Assembly: GCA_900550285.1 (NCBI GenBank)
Contig: URRW01000003.1
Coordinates: forward strand, 41,478-105,477
Reading direction: 5' to 3'
Length of the DNA stretch: 64,000 bases
DNA from: an uncultured Lachnospiraceae bacterium
GTDB taxonomy: Bacteria; Bacillota; Clostridia; Lachnospirales; Lachnospiraceae
The position numbers and the translations under genes were made by a program. Shown piece after piece: positions 50,401 through 59,035 of this stretch (position 1 is its first letter; every line of letters starts with the position of its first letter). The notes under the pieces are model-generated. The model was given only the letters and a program-made list of their open reading frames with translations. It was not told where the DNA came from and searched no databases.

Positions 50401-50832
50401 ATGATAGCGCTGGCAAGCGATCACGGCGGATATGAATTAAAATGCAGACTGATCAGACATCTTGAGGAGAGAGGGCTTTCCTATCATGATTATGGCTGCT
50501 ACAGCACGGAATCCTGCGATTATCCGGATTTTGCAAAGCAGGCGGCAAAAGCGGTAGCGGACGGGGAATGCGAGAAGGGCGTGGTGATCTGCACCACCGG
50601 GATCGGCATTTCCATCGCGGCAAATAAGGTAAAGGGCGTGCGCTGCGCGCTGTGCGCAGACAGTTATTCGGCAAAAATGACGAGACTGCACAACGATGCG
50701 AACATGCTTGCCATGGGAGCGGGCATTGTCGGGCCGAACCTTGCGCTGGAAATTCTGGACGTTTTTCTGGACACGCCTTTTTCGGAGGAAGAAAAGCACG
50801 CAAGACGGGTCGCAAAGCTGGAGGAATGCTGA
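50401..50832 (+). CDS. rpiB: Ribose-5-phosphate isomerase B
   Basis: RpiB/LacAB family (IALASDHGGYELK..., GICTTGIGISIAANK). Confidence 0.9.
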   Translation: MIALASDHGGYELKCRLIRHLEERGLSYHDYGCYSTESCDYPDFAKQAAKAVADGECEKGVVICTTGIGISIAANKVKGVRCALCADSYSAKMTRLHNDANMLAMGAGIVGPNLALEILDVFLDTPFSEEEKHARRVAKLEEC

Positions 50833-50880
50833 TTTTTTAAAACCGGGGGAGAATAGAGTACACAAGAGGAGGAAAATGCC

Positions 50881-51510
50881 ATGTCAAAAGCAGTGGTAAT
50901 GGATCATCCGCTGATCCAGCATAAGATCGGACAGATCCGTAAAAAAGAAACCGGGACGAAGGATTTCAGGCAGATGATCAGCGAGATCGCGACGATGATC
51001 TGCTTTGAGGCGACCAGAAATCTGGAGCTGGAGGACGTTGAGATCGAAACGCCGATCTGCACGACGACGGTAAAGCAGCTGAAAGGGCGGAAAATGGCGA
51101 TCGTCCCGATCCTGCGCGCAGGGCTGGGAATGGTGGACGGCATGCTGCAGATGATCCCGGCGGCAAAGATCGGCCATATCGGGCTGTACCGCGACCCGGA
51201 GACGTTAAAGCCCGTGGAATATTACTGCAAGCTGCCGGCAGACTGCGCGGAGCGAGAGGTGTTTGTGGTGGATCCGATGCTTGCGACAGGCGGCTCGTCG
51301 GTGGCTGCGATCCAGATGTTAAAGGAAAAGGGCTGCAAAAAGATCTGCCTGCTGTGCATTATCGCCGCGCCGGAAGGCGTGCGGGCGATGCAGGAGGCGC
51401 ATCCGGACGTGGATCTGTATATCGGCGCGCTGGACGAAAAGCTCAACGAGCACGGCTATATCGTGCCGGGGCTGGGAGACGCGGGAGACAGGATTTTTGG
51501 AACGAAATAA
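50881..51510 (+). CDS. upp: Uracil phosphoribosyltransferase
   Basis: Upp signature (HPLIQHK..., [10 protein letters not shown]..., [16 protein letters not shown]). Confidence 0.95.
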   Translation: MSKAVVMDHPLIQHKIGQIRKKETGTKDFRQMISEIATMICFEATRNLELEDVEIETPICTTTVKQLKGRKMAIVPILRAGLGMVDGMLQMIPAAKIGHIGLYRDPETLKPVEYYCKLPADCAEREVFVVDPMLATGGSSVAAIQMLKEKGCKKICLLCIIAAPEGVRAMQEAHPDVDLYIGALDEKLNEHGYIVPGLGDAGDRIFGTK

Positions 51511-51546
51511 AACCGGAGGCTGCAGCGAAGGGATGATGGAGGCGGT

Positions 51547-52026
51547 ATGAAGCGGGAAGATTATATTTCGTGGGACGAATATTTTATGGGAGTGGCAAAG
51601 CTTGCGGGAATGCGCTCCAAGGACCCGAGCACGCAGGTGGGAGCCTGCATCGTGGGGCAGGACAACAAGATCCTGTCCATGGGCTATAACGGCCTGCCGA
51701 TCGGCTGCTCGGATGATGAGTTTCCGTGGGAACGGGAAGGCGATACGCTGGAAACAAAATACCCGTATGTGACGCACAGCGAGCTGAACGCGATCTTAAA
51801 TTACAGGGGCGGAAGCCTTGCGGGGGCGAAGCTTTATGTGACGCTTTTTCCGTGCAACGAATGTGCGAAGGCGATCATTCAGAGCGGCATCCGGGAAGTG
51901 ATCTATGACAGTGATAAATACGCGGAAACGCCTTCTGTCCGGGCATCCAAGCGGATGTTTCGGGCAGCGGGGGTGGCTTACCGCCCCTATTCAAAGAGCG
52001 GACGCGTCGTGAAAATGGAGCTTTGA
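51547..52026 (+). CDS. dCMP deaminase (ComEB-like cytidine/deoxycytidylate deaminase)
   Basis: Zinc-binding motifs HSELNAI and PCNECAK. Confidence 0.85.
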   Translation: MKREDYISWDEYFMGVAKLAGMRSKDPSTQVGACIVGQDNKILSMGYNGLPIGCSDDEFPWEREGDTLETKYPYVTHSELNAILNYRGGSLAGAKLYVTLFPCNECAKAIIQSGIREVIYDSDKYAETPSVRASKRMFRAAGVAYRPYSKSGRVVKMEL

Positions 52027-53228
52027 TGAGAAAACAGGGCAGAAAAAAAGAGGGACACAAAAACAGAAGAGGGATGCGGCTGGCGGCGGGAGCGCTGGCA
52101 GCCGCGCTGTGTTTTGGCATGACACCTCCCGTCCCGGTCCATGCGGATACGATCAAGGATCTGCAGAACCAGATCAGCGAGGAAAAGGAAAAGCGGGAGG
52201 ATGCGCAGAACCAGAAGGACCAGACAGAGGACAACATCAATTCCCTGAGCGGCGCGCGGGATTCCCTGCAGGGGCAGCTGAATGGGCTGACGCAGGATCT
52301 GACGCAGATCAGCGCAAAGCTGGAAGAGATCGAGCAGAATATCATCGACAAAAATGCGGAGATCGAAGAAACGCAGAAAAAGCTTGCCCAGGCAAAGGAG
52401 ACGGAGCAGGAGCAGTATGCGGCGATGAAAAAGAGGCTCCGTTTTCTGTACATGGACAATAACCGGACTTATTATGAGATCCTTTTTAATGCGAAGAGCT
52501 TTTCGGATCTGTTAAACCAGAGCACCTATATCGAGAAGCTGCACGAATATGACCGCAGGATGCTTCTGACCTATCAGGCGCAGCGTGAGGCGATCGAGGA
52601 GATGGAAGCGAAGCTGGAACAGGAGAAGGCGGATCTGGACGGGCTGCAGGCGCAGGCAGAGGAGCAGAAATCCAATATCATGGCGAGCGTGAACCAGACC
52701 CAGAGCGGCATCAGCGCTTATTCGGGACAGATCGCTGACGCGCAGGCGCAGGCAGACGCGCTGGAGGCGCAGATCGCGGCGCAGGATGAAAATATCGCGG
52801 CGCTGCAAAAGCAGCTGCAGGAGGAAATCGCAAAATCCCGGCTGGCGGCGCGTTCCACATGGCGCGATATTTCGGAGGTGACGTTTGCGGAGGGCGACCG
52901 CTATCTTCTGGCAAACCTGATCTACTGCGAGGCGGGCAACCAGCCCTACGAGGGACAGGTCGCGGTCGGTTCAGTCGTAATAAACCGCGTTTTAAGCTCC
53001 GTATTTCCGAATACGGTATCCGGCGTCATTTACCAGTACAAGCAGTTTGCGCCGGTGCTGGACGGGCATCTTGCGCTTGCGCTTGCCGAGAACCGGGCGA
53101 CCGCCTCGTGCTATAAGGCGGCGGACGAGGCGATGGCAGGCTACAGCAACGTAGGGCACTGCGTGTATTTCAGGACGCCGATCCCGGGGCTGACGGGGAT
53201 GCAGATTGGGGATCATATTTTCTATTGA
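52023..53228 (+). CDS. Cell-wall hydrolase with N-terminal coiled coil and C-terminal SleB/Hydrolase_2-like domain
   Basis: Signal peptide, a long coiled coil paralogous to that of the M23 protein at 16387, and a C-terminal domain (NLIYCEAGNQPYEGQVAVGSVVINR...QFAPVLDG) of the SleB cortex-lytic family. Confidence 0.75.
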   Translation: MMRKQGRKKEGHKNRRGMRLAAGALAAALCFGMTPPVPVHADTIKDLQNQISEEKEKREDAQNQKDQTEDNINSLSGARDSLQGQLNGLTQDLTQISAKLEEIEQNIIDKNAEIEETQKKLAQAKETEQEQYAAMKKRLRFLYMDNNRTYYEILFNAKSFSDLLNQSTYIEKLHEYDRRMLLTYQAQREAIEEMEAKLEQEKADLDGLQAQAEEQKSNIMASVNQTQSGISAYSGQIADAQAQADALEAQIAAQDENIAALQKQLQEEIAKSRLAARSTWRDISEVTFAEGDRYLLANLIYCEAGNQPYEGQVAVGSVVINRVLSSVFPNTVSGVIYQYKQFAPVLDGHLALALAENRATASCYKAADEAMAGYSNVGHCVYFRTPIPGLTGMQIGDHIFY

Positions 53229-53268
53229 TTGCAAAAATCAAAAGAAAATATTGCACGGGTTTGTCTCC

Positions 53269-53808
53269 TTAGCGGTCAAAATCGTCGATGGGGGCGAGCA
53301 GGCTGTCCAGTCTGCCGCCGTAAATGCGGGAAAGAAGCCTGTCCAGGGAAAGCAGCGCCTGCCGAAGCTGCGCAGGCAAAAGCCTTCCGTCATCCAGCGC
53401 ATCTACCAGCTCATCCACGTCCACAACGCGCACAAAGCCGTTCGGTTCGATGATAACGTCTACTAAAAGATCGGTAACGGTCAGCTTATGCGCTGACGCG
53501 TCATAATCCGAGGTGATGATGTCGCAGTAATAATAGAGCAGGGAACCGTCGGCGCGGTAGAACTTGCTGATCTTATATCCGTCTTTCAGATAATAGCAGG
53601 AAAAGCCGTGATCCATATTTTTTTTAGGGCGGATGGTTTTCCAAGAGGTAATGAGAATGCCGTTTGCGCATTTTAAGATGCGGTCATCCGGAAGGGCGAT
53701 GCATTCCTCGGGGATGAGCCGCCGGCGGTACAGGATCAGCCCGTCGGGAGAGTCGGGGTAACAAAGGTCTTTTGCGTTTGAGGAAAGGGATGCGGGTGTG
53801 TGTTCCAT
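53269..53808 (-). CDS. DUF402-family protein (FomD/Ntdp-like)
   Basis: Pattern (KLTVTDLLVDVIIEPNGFVRVVDVDELVDALDDG) recalled from DUF402 proteins; assignment from memory only. Confidence 0.45.
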   Translation of the reverse strand: MEHTPASLSSNAKDLCYPDSPDGLILYRRRLIPEECIALPDDRILKCANGILITSWKTIRPKKNMDHGFSCYYLKDGYKISKFYRADGSLLYYYCDIITSDYDASAHKLTVTDLLVDVIIEPNGFVRVVDVDELVDALDDGRLLPAQLRQALLSLDRLLSRIYGGRLDSLLAPIDDFDR

Positions 53809-54115
53809 AGAGCCAGCCTCCTTTGTAAAAGCGTTTGCCGCAGCGTATACGGATATGATTTTACAAAAATTTTACGCCACTGCATCGGGCAAGTCAAGGG
53901 GATTTCCGGGATCCGCTGGCGGAGGGGGGAGCGGATGCCCTTGCGCCGCCGGAGGGCGTGTGTTACAGTGTAAGAAGCGGTACGGTGTGCAGGAAGGCGC
54001 ATACTTTTTTATACGCACTCGCGCGAAATGTAGGAATTGCCTGACGGCAAACGCGCTCGGCGCGGGTGTGTGCCAAGGCGCACACTTATTTATTGAAAAA
54101 CGGAGGGAAATCAGG

Positions 54116-54733
54116 ATGGAATATCAGGTAAAAACGATCGCATCCAAAGACGGGATCGAGAGCTGCGAGCGGTTTGAGATCAGCAATTTTATGTGGACGT
54201 GTCTGCAGCAGCCGAAGGCATGGGGCTGGATGGGCTACCTTGCGGGGGAGGGCTTTTATGTAAAGCTCGTATGTGAAGAAAAGGATCCGAAGCGCACGTT
54301 TACCAACTATATGGATATGGTGTGCAAGGACAGCGCGATGGAAGTATTTCTGGCGTTCCCGGAAGAGGGAGAGGCGCTGACAAACGACGTGATGTATCTG
54401 AATTTTGAGGCAAATTCCAATGGGGCGCTGTATGCAGCCTACGGCAAGGGCAGAAAGGGACGCAGCCGGATGCCGGAAAAATATCTGGAAGCATGTAATT
54501 GTCAGGCAAAGATCGAGGACGACCGCTGGACGCTGACCTATACGATCCCGGAGGAATATCTGAAAAACGAGGCGGGCGTGAAGGCTCTGGATCAGGATAC
54601 GGAGTTTTACTGCAATTTTTATAAGATTGCGGAAAGCCCGGAGATCGAGCATTACGCTTCCTATTCCCCGATTGATAACGAGAAGCCGAACTTCCATTTG
54701 CCGGTATTTTTTGCGCGCGCCCATATCGTCTGA
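54116..54733 (+). CDS. Hypothetical protein, possibly carbohydrate-binding family 9-like/DOMON-like
   Basis: ATG 54116 with RBS ggaggg; beta-rich sequence; family assignment tentative. Confidence 0.35.
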   Translation: MEYQVKTIASKDGIESCERFEISNFMWTCLQQPKAWGWMGYLAGEGFYVKLVCEEKDPKRTFTNYMDMVCKDSAMEVFLAFPEEGEALTNDVMYLNFEANSNGALYAAYGKGRKGRSRMPEKYLEACNCQAKIEDDRWTLTYTIPEEYLKNEAGVKALDQDTEFYCNFYKIAESPEIEHYASYSPIDNEKPNFHLPVFFARAHIV

Positions 54734-54812
54734 CGCCGGAAGCCGGGCGGGGGATGAAAGCGCCGGGCGCAGGGGAAGAGAGAAGCATTAAGACAGAATG
54801 GAGCGCAGCACT

Positions 54813-56225
54813 ATGAAAAATATGACATTATGGAATATTGCGCGTGCCTGCAAGGGAAAGCTTGTCGTTCCGGCGGGAAACAGCGCGGGGAGCTGCCCGA
54901 AGGCGGGCATGGCGGTCATCCGCGGATTTACGGGCAAGGAAGCCGGACGGATCGTGCTGGATTCGCGCAAGGTGGAGCCGGGAGACGTGTTTATCGCAAC
55001 GAGGGGCGAGCGCGTGGACGGACATGATTTTATCCATGAGGTTTTTGAAAAAGGGGCGATCGGCGTCGTCTGTGAAAAAGACCCGGAACCGCTGACCGGG
55101 CCGTGCATCCGGGTAGAGGACAGCTTTGCCGCGCTTCGGCAGATCGCCGCTTTTTACCGGGAGCAGATGCCTGTCCCGATCGTGGGGATCACAGGAAGCG
55201 TGGGAAAGACGAGCACGAAGGAATTTGTGGCGGCGGTGCTTTCGCAGAAATATAAAACGCATAAGACGCAGGGCAATTTTAACAATGAGGTCGGCGTGCC
55301 GCTCACCCTTTTAGCGATGCCGGAGGATACGGAGGCGGCGGTCGTGGAAATGGGGATCAACCATTTCGGGGAAATGCACCGCCTGAGTGAGATCGTGCGC
55401 CCGGATGTCTGCGTGATGACGAATATCGGTCAGTGCCATCTGGAATTTTTGGGCAGCAGGGATGGGATTTTGCAGGCAAAGTCTGAGATATTTGACTGTA
55501 TGAACCCGGAAGGCAGCGTATGCGTCAACGGAGACGACGACAAGCTTGTTACGATTCGGGAAGTAAACGGCAGAAAGCCGCTGCGCTTCGGGCTTTCGCC
55601 GGAAAACGATATTTATGCGGATCACATTGTAAGCCGCGGGCTGCTTGGCAGCACGGCGCAGATCCATGCGGACGGGGAGGTTTTTGAGGCGGACATCCCG
55701 CTGCCGGGTTCCCACATGGTATTGAATGCGCTGGCGGCAACGGCGGTTGGGAAGCTTCTTGGGCTGACGGCAGACCAGATCGCGGCAGGCATTCGGTCTG
55801 TGCAGGCGGTAAGCGGGAGAAGCCGTGTCGTTTCGGCAGGCGGCAAGGTGCTGATTGACGACTGCTACAATGCAAACCCGGTGTCCGCAAAGGCGGCGAT
55901 CGACCTGCTGGGGCTTGCGGACGGCAGGAAGGTTGCGGTGCTGGGCGATATGTTTGAGCTTGGCGAAAAGGAAAAAGAGCTTCACGCGCAGGTCGGCGCA
56001 TATGCTGCAGAACACGGCGTGGACTGCCTGTACTGCGCGGGCGCGCTTTCGGAGGAAATGTACCGCGCCGCGAAGGAGGCGGGCATCGCTGAGGCTGCGC
56101 ATTTTGCGGATACGGACGCGCTGCTTCAAGCTTTGCCGGGACTTTTGCGGTCGGGCGATTCCGTGCTTATCAAAGCGTCCCATGGGATGGGCTATCACCG
56201 GATCGTGGAGGCGCTGGAGCAGTAA
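54813..56225 (+). CDS. murF: UDP-N-acetylmuramoyl-tripeptide--D-alanyl-D-alanine ligase
   Basis: Mur ligase ATP-binding motif GITGSVGKTSTKE; Mur ligase middle and C-terminal domains. Confidence 0.9.
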   Translation: MKNMTLWNIARACKGKLVVPAGNSAGSCPKAGMAVIRGFTGKEAGRIVLDSRKVEPGDVFIATRGERVDGHDFIHEVFEKGAIGVVCEKDPEPLTGPCIRVEDSFAALRQIAAFYREQMPVPIVGITGSVGKTSTKEFVAAVLSQKYKTHKTQGNFNNEVGVPLTLLAMPEDTEAAVVEMGINHFGEMHRLSEIVRPDVCVMTNIGQCHLEFLGSRDGILQAKSEIFDCMNPEGSVCVNGDDDKLVTIREVNGRKPLRFGLSPENDIYADHIVSRGLLGSTAQIHADGEVFEADIPLPGSHMVLNALAATAVGKLLGLTADQIAAGIRSVQAVSGRSRVVSAGGKVLIDDCYNANPVSAKAAIDLLGLADGRKVAVLGDMFELGEKEKELHAQVGAYAAEHGVDCLYCAGALSEEMYRAAKEAGIAEAAHFADTDALLQALPGLLRSGDSVLIKASHGMGYHRIVEALEQ

Positions 56226-56480
56226 GATTAAGCTGACAGATACAAAATGTGTATACGAGGTCGGAGAGATGAAATATAAAAAGATTGTCGATAGTTTAAA
56301 GCTGTCGGCAATTTTTTTGTAGATATTTGGTAAAATTTAGAAAAAAAGAGGTGAAAATTGACACACATCAATTACTTCTAATGAGAATTATATTACTATA
56401 TATTTATAAAATTTTTATAAATAGGCAGAAAATATATTGCGATGATGAGAATAAAGTTTTGATGTCTGGAGGAAACTGAA

Positions 56481-58298
56481 ATGGCAAAATTTATAATGAA
56501 ATGTCCGATATGTACCTCAGAAGGAAAGGATGTGTATGTATGGGTAAATAGTGGCGTATTTGGGACAGGTTTATTTGGTAATCGTGAAGGTAAATGTCCT
56601 AACGGTCATACATTTAATATCAATGCTAATAAAATTGCGATGAAAGTATGCCCACATTGCGGTAATAACGTTGCTTATGACCAATCTAAGGGAGAGGCTG
56701 CCGTATGCCCAGTGTGTAAATCTGAATTAAATACATTGAAGGATAATTTAGCTACCGTTCAAATAAAATGTCCTCAATGTGGTTGTACTCATAGCGTGGC
56801 AAAAGATGCGAAAACAATAGAATGTGCCGTTTGCGGTGCTTTAGTCGATATTCAGCGAGAACTGGGAAAAATCCAGATGGCTGAAGAAAATACTGTAAGC
56901 TGTATAAAATATGAGGGAAATAACGAGACATTTGTTTGGAAGCATCCTATAGAAGATTTTAAATTTGGCTCACAGCTTATAGTTCATGATTCGCAGGAAG
57001 CACTATTTTTTGCAGGTGGACAGGCTCTTGATTTATTCGGAGGCGGAACATATACGCTGACAACAGAAAATATTCCGCTACTGAGCGCTGTGTATAGGGT
57101 TCCATCAGGGGAGGAAACCTTTCATAGTGAAGTATATTTTATTAATAAAACAGTACATACCGGAATTAAATGGGGAACCAGTTCCCGAATTAGTATGTTT
57201 GATCCTTATTCTGGTATGCATGTTGCAATTGGAGCATCGGGACAATTCAATATGGCAGTTTCAAACTCGAAAAAATTAATACTGAAACTTGTCGGAACAA
57301 CGGATGTTTTTGATCATTCACATAGCGTAGAGCAAATGTCTGAAAGCCGACAGGGGGATCCGTCAAATAATATTTTGTCATATATACGATCAGTGGTTAT
57401 AACCAAGGTAAAAACACATTTGGCAAATGTGATTAAAGAGCATCGGTGGAGTATCCTTGAACTTGATGCATACCTTGAAGAATTAGCGAACGGAATTAAA
57501 GAAAAAATCAATTTGGATCTGGATGAATATGGTTTGTTTATGCCTGACTTTTTCATTTTGAATATTTCGACGCCGGAGGATAGTACAGACCCGGTTGAGC
57601 GTGAAAATTACTTGAGAATGAAAAATCAGTTTGGAGAAAGATATATCCAGATACGGGAAGAAGAGAATAAAGAAGCGGTGGCTTTGGCAGCCCAAAAACG
57701 AAAACTGATAGAGGCGGAAACAGAAGCACGGCTCAATATCATTCAATCACAGGGAGAGGCAGAAAGTTTTCGTCTGCATGGTTTAGCCGAAGCTGATGTC
57801 CAACGTGCACAAGGGTTTACTGGAAAAGATAAAATGCAGTACGACGTTCAAAAAGCATTTGCAGAGAATATAGGAGGGATAAGCGGAGATGGAGGAGGCG
57901 CATTGGGTGATTTGATCGGTCTGGGAGCGGGATTGGGTTTGATGTCAAAAATAGGAAGTAGTGTAAGTTCAATGATGGATATGCCTGAAAATCATTCAGA
58001 ATTTTTGAATAAAGGAGCCGTTGTAAGTACATCTGACTCGTGGGATTGTTCCTGTGGAGCAAGGGGACAGACGGGAAATTTCTGCGCGGAATGTGGGAAA
58101 CCAAAACCGCATTCTGTCAATGAGTGGAAATGTGATTGCGGAGCTGTGAATAGAGGCGGAAATTTTTGCAGCGAGTGTGGAAAGCAACGTCCTGTTACAG
58201 AAACATGGACATGTTCCTGTGGAGCCAGTGGATTAAGCGGAAAATTTTGCAACGTATGTGGGAAAAAAAGAGATTCGGAGGCGATAGATGTTGAATAA
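56481..58298 (+). CDS. Multi-zinc-ribbon / SPFH (Band_7_1-like) / triple zinc-ribbon protein (island gene A)
   Basis: 605 aa, low GC. N-terminal CxxC zinc ribbons (CPICTS, CPHCGN, CPVCKS, CPQCGC, CAVCGA); central SPFH-like region (FVWKHPIEDFKFGSQLIVHDSQEALFFAGGQALDLFGGGTYTLTTEN...EVYFINK) with a coiled-coil tail; C-terminal three repeats of WxCxCG-(7)-FCxxCGK. RBS ggagg. Confidence 0.7.
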   Translation: MAKFIMKCPICTSEGKDVYVWVNSGVFGTGLFGNREGKCPNGHTFNINANKIAMKVCPHCGNNVAYDQSKGEAAVCPVCKSELNTLKDNLATVQIKCPQCGCTHSVAKDAKTIECAVCGALVDIQRELGKIQMAEENTVSCIKYEGNNETFVWKHPIEDFKFGSQLIVHDSQEALFFAGGQALDLFGGGTYTLTTENIPLLSAVYRVPSGEETFHSEVYFINKTVHTGIKWGTSSRISMFDPYSGMHVAIGASGQFNMAVSNSKKLILKLVGTTDVFDHSHSVEQMSESRQGDPSNNILSYIRSVVITKVKTHLANVIKEHRWSILELDAYLEELANGIKEKINLDLDEYGLFMPDFFILNISTPEDSTDPVERENYLRMKNQFGERYIQIREEENKEAVALAAQKRKLIEAETEARLNIIQSQGEAESFRLHGLAEADVQRAQGFTGKDKMQYDVQKAFAENIGGISGDGGGALGDLIGLGAGLGLMSKIGSSVSSMMDMPENHSEFLNKGAVVSTSDSWDCSCGARGQTGNFCAECGKPKPHSVNEWKCDCGAVNRGGNFCSECGKQRPVTETWTCSCGASGLSGKFCNVCGKKRDSEAIDVE

Positions 58299-58983
58299 AG
58301 TGAAACTAACCACGTTAGGATTTGTTATTGTGCTTATTCTATATAATTTTTTGGTTTTAATGATTGGCGGCATAAGTGATCATACGGTAACATTTTGGTT
58401 TTCTTATGCAATAGAAAATATTTCATTCATTATCGTAGGAGCATTGTTGGGCGTTTGTTTTTATAGAGGCGTATCGGAAAAATTATTTTTTCTGGGTTAT
58501 CCGATAGCATTCTGGTCTTGTATTTACTTACCGGCTCAGCTTGTTGTGTCAATTATTTTTATGTATATTGACCGCTATGCCAAAGCTGCCATAACAATTC
58601 AGGTGCTGTTGCTTGTATTGTATGTATTTATTGTGATTATGTGTATGCAGGCGAAGAATGCAATTGAAAATGTGTATGAAACGCGCAGTGCAAATATACA
58701 TAATATGCGCCATATGATAACAGTAATGGACAGTATAGTTCCATCTGTTTCAGATGTACAGCTAAGGAAGAAACTTTATAAATTAGCAGAGGATTTTCGA
58801 TATAGCGATATTGTATCTTCGGAAGCTACAGAAGCTCTTGAAAAGCAGATGATGGAAAAGATAGATTTGTTAAAGGTAAAGAGTAAAAATGCCCCGGATG
58901 ACGCAAGTATTCTTGCTGTAGAGATTTCAGAACAGCTGGCAGAAAGAAATTTTATTTGCAAAGAAAGTAAAAAAAGATATTAA
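58288..58983 (+). CDS. Small polytopic membrane protein (4 predicted TM) with cytoplasmic helical tail (island gene B)
   Basis: Overlaps the stop of gene A by 11 nt (coupled); hydrophobic segments aa ~8-30, 37-58, 66-95, 100-122; low GC. Confidence 0.6.
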   Translation: MLNKVKLTTLGFVIVLILYNFLVLMIGGISDHTVTFWFSYAIENISFIIVGALLGVCFYRGVSEKLFFLGYPIAFWSCIYLPAQLVVSIIFMYIDRYAKAAITIQVLLLVLYVFIVIMCMQAKNAIENVYETRSANIHNMRHMITVMDSIVPSVSDVQLRKKLYKLAEDFRYSDIVSSEATEALEKQMMEKIDLLKVKSKNAPDDASILAVEISEQLAERNFICKESKKRY

Positions 58984-59035
58984 AAGAGGTCTGAAAATAT
59001 GCTGATTCAAATAAACGAAAGAAAGGATAAATATT

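Noticed and set aside
53809-54115. Possible riboswitch in the 300-nt GC-rich gap upstream of the CBM9-like gene
   Set aside because: Only short generic hairpins (CGCGC-tcg-GCGCG and an imperfect GTGTGTGCC...GGCGCACAC) were seen. No recognisable riboswitch core motifs. More likely a divergent promoter region for the flanking genes.
56268-56321. 17-codon ORF (MKYKKIVDSLKLSAIFL) at the start of the low-GC island
   Set aside because: RBS-like GGAGAG abuts the ATG with no spacing; no conservation can be assessed; likely chance ORF in AT-rich DNA.
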